Positions 61,110 through 64,000 of a DNA stretch of 64,000 nt are shown here, piece after piece. The first letter of the stretch is position 1; every line of letters begins with the position of its first letter. The stretch is taken from contig MU008194.1 in the NCBI GenBank assembly GCA_010909165.1, positions 1 to 64,000 on the forward strand, written 5' to 3'. The position numbers and the translations under genes are program-made. The notes under the pieces were generated by a model that was not told the origin of the DNA, did not search any database, and was given only the letters and a program-made list of their open reading frames with translations. Source of the DNA: Anthoceros angustus (Eukaryota > Plantae > Anthocerotophyta).

Positions 61110-62210
61110 ATGCACGCCAGACCCGTTTTATGCTGCCTGAACATTCTCCTGATCGGCTTCGCAGCAACTACCATTGGAGTTCTATTCTGGTTGGAGCATG
61201 GCTCACCCAGGTTTCCATCATATGTTCCGATGGCGGTCTCAACTTTCTATGTCACTTCGGGCTTCTTCGGTTGTGTTGCACAATTTCGGAGGGGCTGCCG
61301 AAGGACACATTGGGCAGTTGTTTCTGTCTCCTTCCTCCTTTCAGTGGGAGTCTTTCTCTTTATGACGCTGCGCAAGGACGTTGTGGTCCGTCTTCTTCTC
61401 CGATCTGGCCAGAACACCGTCAATGCAGCTTCTGAAGTGGTTCTCTTCTGCCAAATCACATTCTTCCTTATGATAGTGTCACAAACCGCTGTCGTTTTGT
61501 CCAATTGCTTTTGCGACAAGCATAGAATTCGCCGGGAGAACAGGTCAAGAGAGGCGGAGCGTCCCGTTGGTCACGCGGCTTTAACGATTGCCAGGCACAC
61601 AGATTCCACACATCCCGGGCCCGGACCTATGCCATCCTGTAGGATCGAAATTAGCACGACTAATGACAGGGTATTTCGCGCTTCAGATGTTTCGGTACCA
61701 GGTTCTGGAGTTCCCTCTGGACGATTTTCGGCTGGCTCAACATCGTCGGGAGATGTCCCATGGGCCAGAGATTCAGCAGGAAGTCGTGCTGCGGAGATTT
61801 TTGCAAGGGAAACGGCGCCAATGCCTTTTGGTCCGAGAGCAGCCAGAGTGACGAAGGACTTGCAGGTGGAAAAGATGCGGCAATTAGCCAACAACTCAAA
61901 GCGACAATATACACCAGAGTCTGCGGGTGGATACTCAAGCACAGAGACCGTTCCAGATGTGGAATTTGAGATCTCGTCCCTCAGCAGCACTGAAGCGGAT
62001 GATGATGCCGACAGCGTGTACTCTGCGCTGTCAGATATCCAAGGTGGTCAAAGCACGGCAGAAAGTCCATCGACAGGAACTGGCTCGTCCGACGCTAAGC
62101 AAGCAGTGAAGATGAGAAATAGGATGCCGGACCCTGAGTTCTTTTTGCGTTTCAGTAAGGGCCGATTGGATCCCTCCTCGAATGACGATCGAAACTCGAG
62201 TCGAACGTAA
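61110..62210 (+). CDS. Uncharacterised 4-TM membrane protein (366 aa from MHARP), tetraspanin/TOM2A-like topology, with a long Ser/Asp-rich disordered C-tail
   Basis: Four hydrophobic segments (PVLCCLNILLIGFAATTIGVLFWL; VPMAVSTFYVTSGFFGCVAQF; WAVVSVSFLLSVGVFLFMTL; VVLFCQITFFLMIVSQTAVVLSNCFC), juxtamembrane Cys, uninterrupted 1.1-kb frame. Confidence 0.7.
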   Translation: MHARPVLCCLNILLIGFAATTIGVLFWLEHGSPRFPSYVPMAVSTFYVTSGFFGCVAQFRRGCRRTHWAVVSVSFLLSVGVFLFMTLRKDVVVRLLLRSGQNTVNAASEVVLFCQITFFLMIVSQTAVVLSNCFCDKHRIRRENRSREAERPVGHAALTIARHTDSTHPGPGPMPSCRIEISTTNDRVFRASDVSVPGSGVPSGRFSAGSTSSGDVPWARDSAGSRAAEIFARETAPMPFGPRAARVTKDLQVEKMRQLANNSKRQYTPESAGGYSSTETVPDVEFEISSLSSTEADDDADSVYSALSDIQGGQSTAESPSTGTGSSDAKQAVKMRNRMPDPEFFLRFSKGRLDPSSNDDRNSSRT

Positions 62211-62927
62211 GAACCGTTGGTCTGATAAGGGTGTTCGCATTTGTCTACGTTTCACCGTACGTTGTGTCCTCCATCTCTACCCTCCGAACAGCTTAACGTC
62301 TCATTACATAGGTTTTTAGTGAAAGGAGCCGGATATATTTCCTTGCATAGTTGTATTGTTGGAATTTCCGTATGGAACATCGATCTGGTCATCGTTATAC
62401 AAAGGTTTTTATCGAGGGTTACATAATAATATTTCCTTCGCATAAGGCAGAAAAACTTCATAGGTCACACATTTGACGACATCGGCCTGCCCCCTATGTA
62501 CCAATGTGGTCAGGAGGTGTGTGAAGAATCTTTTTACGTGCGATACACATGTTTTTCTTTCTTAGGGTTGTGGGAACATTGGCGCTTGCACATTCTCGCG
62601 AGCATTCATTTGACTAACCCTCGCGAACTTGAGCCATAAATTACGGGACCCATAAGCCCCTGCAACATCCATGTGCCCTTAAGCAACCTTGAGCACACCT
62701 TCAGCACCCTTGAGCAGACATTTAGCGCACCTTCAGCAGCCTTGAGGAAACACACTCTTGAACATGTAATCCTAAACCCCAGCCATTGATTTGGACACTT
62801 GACGGCGAGCCGTTACATCTATAAGCCATCGATTTGGACACCTGATGGCGAGCCGTTACATCTATATTCATCTAACATGAGCAAATATCCGGAGCCTTTG
62901 CGCGGGGTCAGACATGTCCAACAAACA

Positions 62928-63108
62928 TGTGCATGTGTGTTCCGGGCAAACAGAAACATGTGTACTTGTGTAAGAAAAACCCAAGTTGTGCATGTGTGTT
63001 GCGGGCAAACAGAAACATGTGTACTTGTGCAAGAAAAACCCAAGTTGTGCATGTGTGTTCCGAGCAAACAGAAACATGTGTACTTGTGTAAGAAAAACCC
63101 AAGTTGTG
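62928..63108. repeat. Minisatellite, 3 x 59 bp
   Basis: aaacagaaacatgtgtacttgtg at 62948, 63007, 63066. Confidence 0.95.
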
Positions 63109-63505
63109 AGACATAGAGTTCTCTGCCGCATACGGTCCGTCATGCGATAATGTGAAACATATAAGATGAAGGAATCTTGAAGATGCCGAGGCATGTAAGT
63201 GTAGAATACTGGTGAAAAAAAGGTTGTCACGCACAAGCCACCCGGTGATGACTTCAATATTCCATACTATGTTGTTATAAATGGTTTCTATCGATGTAAA
63301 TATTTTCCCCAAAAAAGCATTCAAACCGTTGTAAATATTTGTCCCCAAAAAAATGCAAATCATTATAAACCTTTTCCCGCCAAAAAATTGTAAAAGCTAT
63401 TGTTGTAAAATAATAATAAAATTTATTCAAATACTGCCTACAAAACTAAACAAGGGTAGGGATATTTGCAGAGTCATACTGTTAACATTCTCAATGATGA
63501 ATACA

Positions 63506-63650
63506 TTTGCCTAGTCTGTGGATGTACATTTGCCTGATCATGGATTTTATTTGCCTAGTATATGGATACACATTTGCCTAGTCTATGGATACATTTGCCT
63601 AGTTTGTGGATACATTTGCCTACTCCGAGGATGCATTTGGCTAGTTTGTT
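63506..63650. repeat. Degenerate minisatellite of about 21-23 bp (atttgcctagt..tggatac)
   Basis: About 7 imperfect units. Confidence 0.85.
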
Positions 63651-64000
63651 GCAAGAACTTGGTCAAAACATCGAAAGGTTATTATAAGAAGTCACCGAGA
63701 CTACGTCGAGGTCAGTTCATATCCCGGAAGATACTTTGCCATCAAGATCACGTCTCTAACAACCATGAAATCTATGAGACATCCACATCAAGTTCTTGTA
63801 AAGTGATAAATGAGCCTGGTGATCTTGTGCAAGAAGCTTACTAGGCGTCAATAGCAATAGCTTGGGAAAGCAGCAAGCTTCAATGAGCATCAAGCTCCAA
63901 TTAGCATATGCAATTTATGTGTTATCTTCATATGCAAAGCACTGAGTCCATAGTCTCCCATAACTGATGATGTCTTCTCTTCTCATAGCAATACTGTGGC

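Larger units (their letters stand above)
59744..62370 (+). repeat. Segmental duplicate B (paralog of 53465-56010)
   Basis: Colinear with duplicate A. Confidence 0.92.

Overview
Eukaryotic land-plant genomic DNA, probably a seed-free lineage given the short introns and PLS-class PPR remnants (lineage is inference). The window is dominated by nested, degenerate transposons: three Ty1/copia remnants (one full length with LTRs, PBS, PPT and TSD), two LINE remnants, an unclassified TG...CA-bounded repeat family in three copies, and a TIR element with a 5-bp TSD. Recognisable host genes are psaE (3 exons, with a tandem duplicate of exons 2-3) and a LOB-domain (LBD) transcription factor with an unusual Tyr/Ser/Asp-repeat tail. 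The most intriguing element is a duplicated module in which a 50-69 aa single-pass membrane micropeptide ORF (3 copies, two of them below the ORF-track cutoff) lies about 0.8 kb upstream of an uncharacterised 4-TM, tetraspanin/TOM2A-like protein (one open copy, one pseudogene). Many 1-nt indels in homopolymers suggest long-read consensus errors, so frameshift/pseudogene calls and near-identical tandem duplications need read-level checking. No rRNA, tRNA or CRISPR array is supported.
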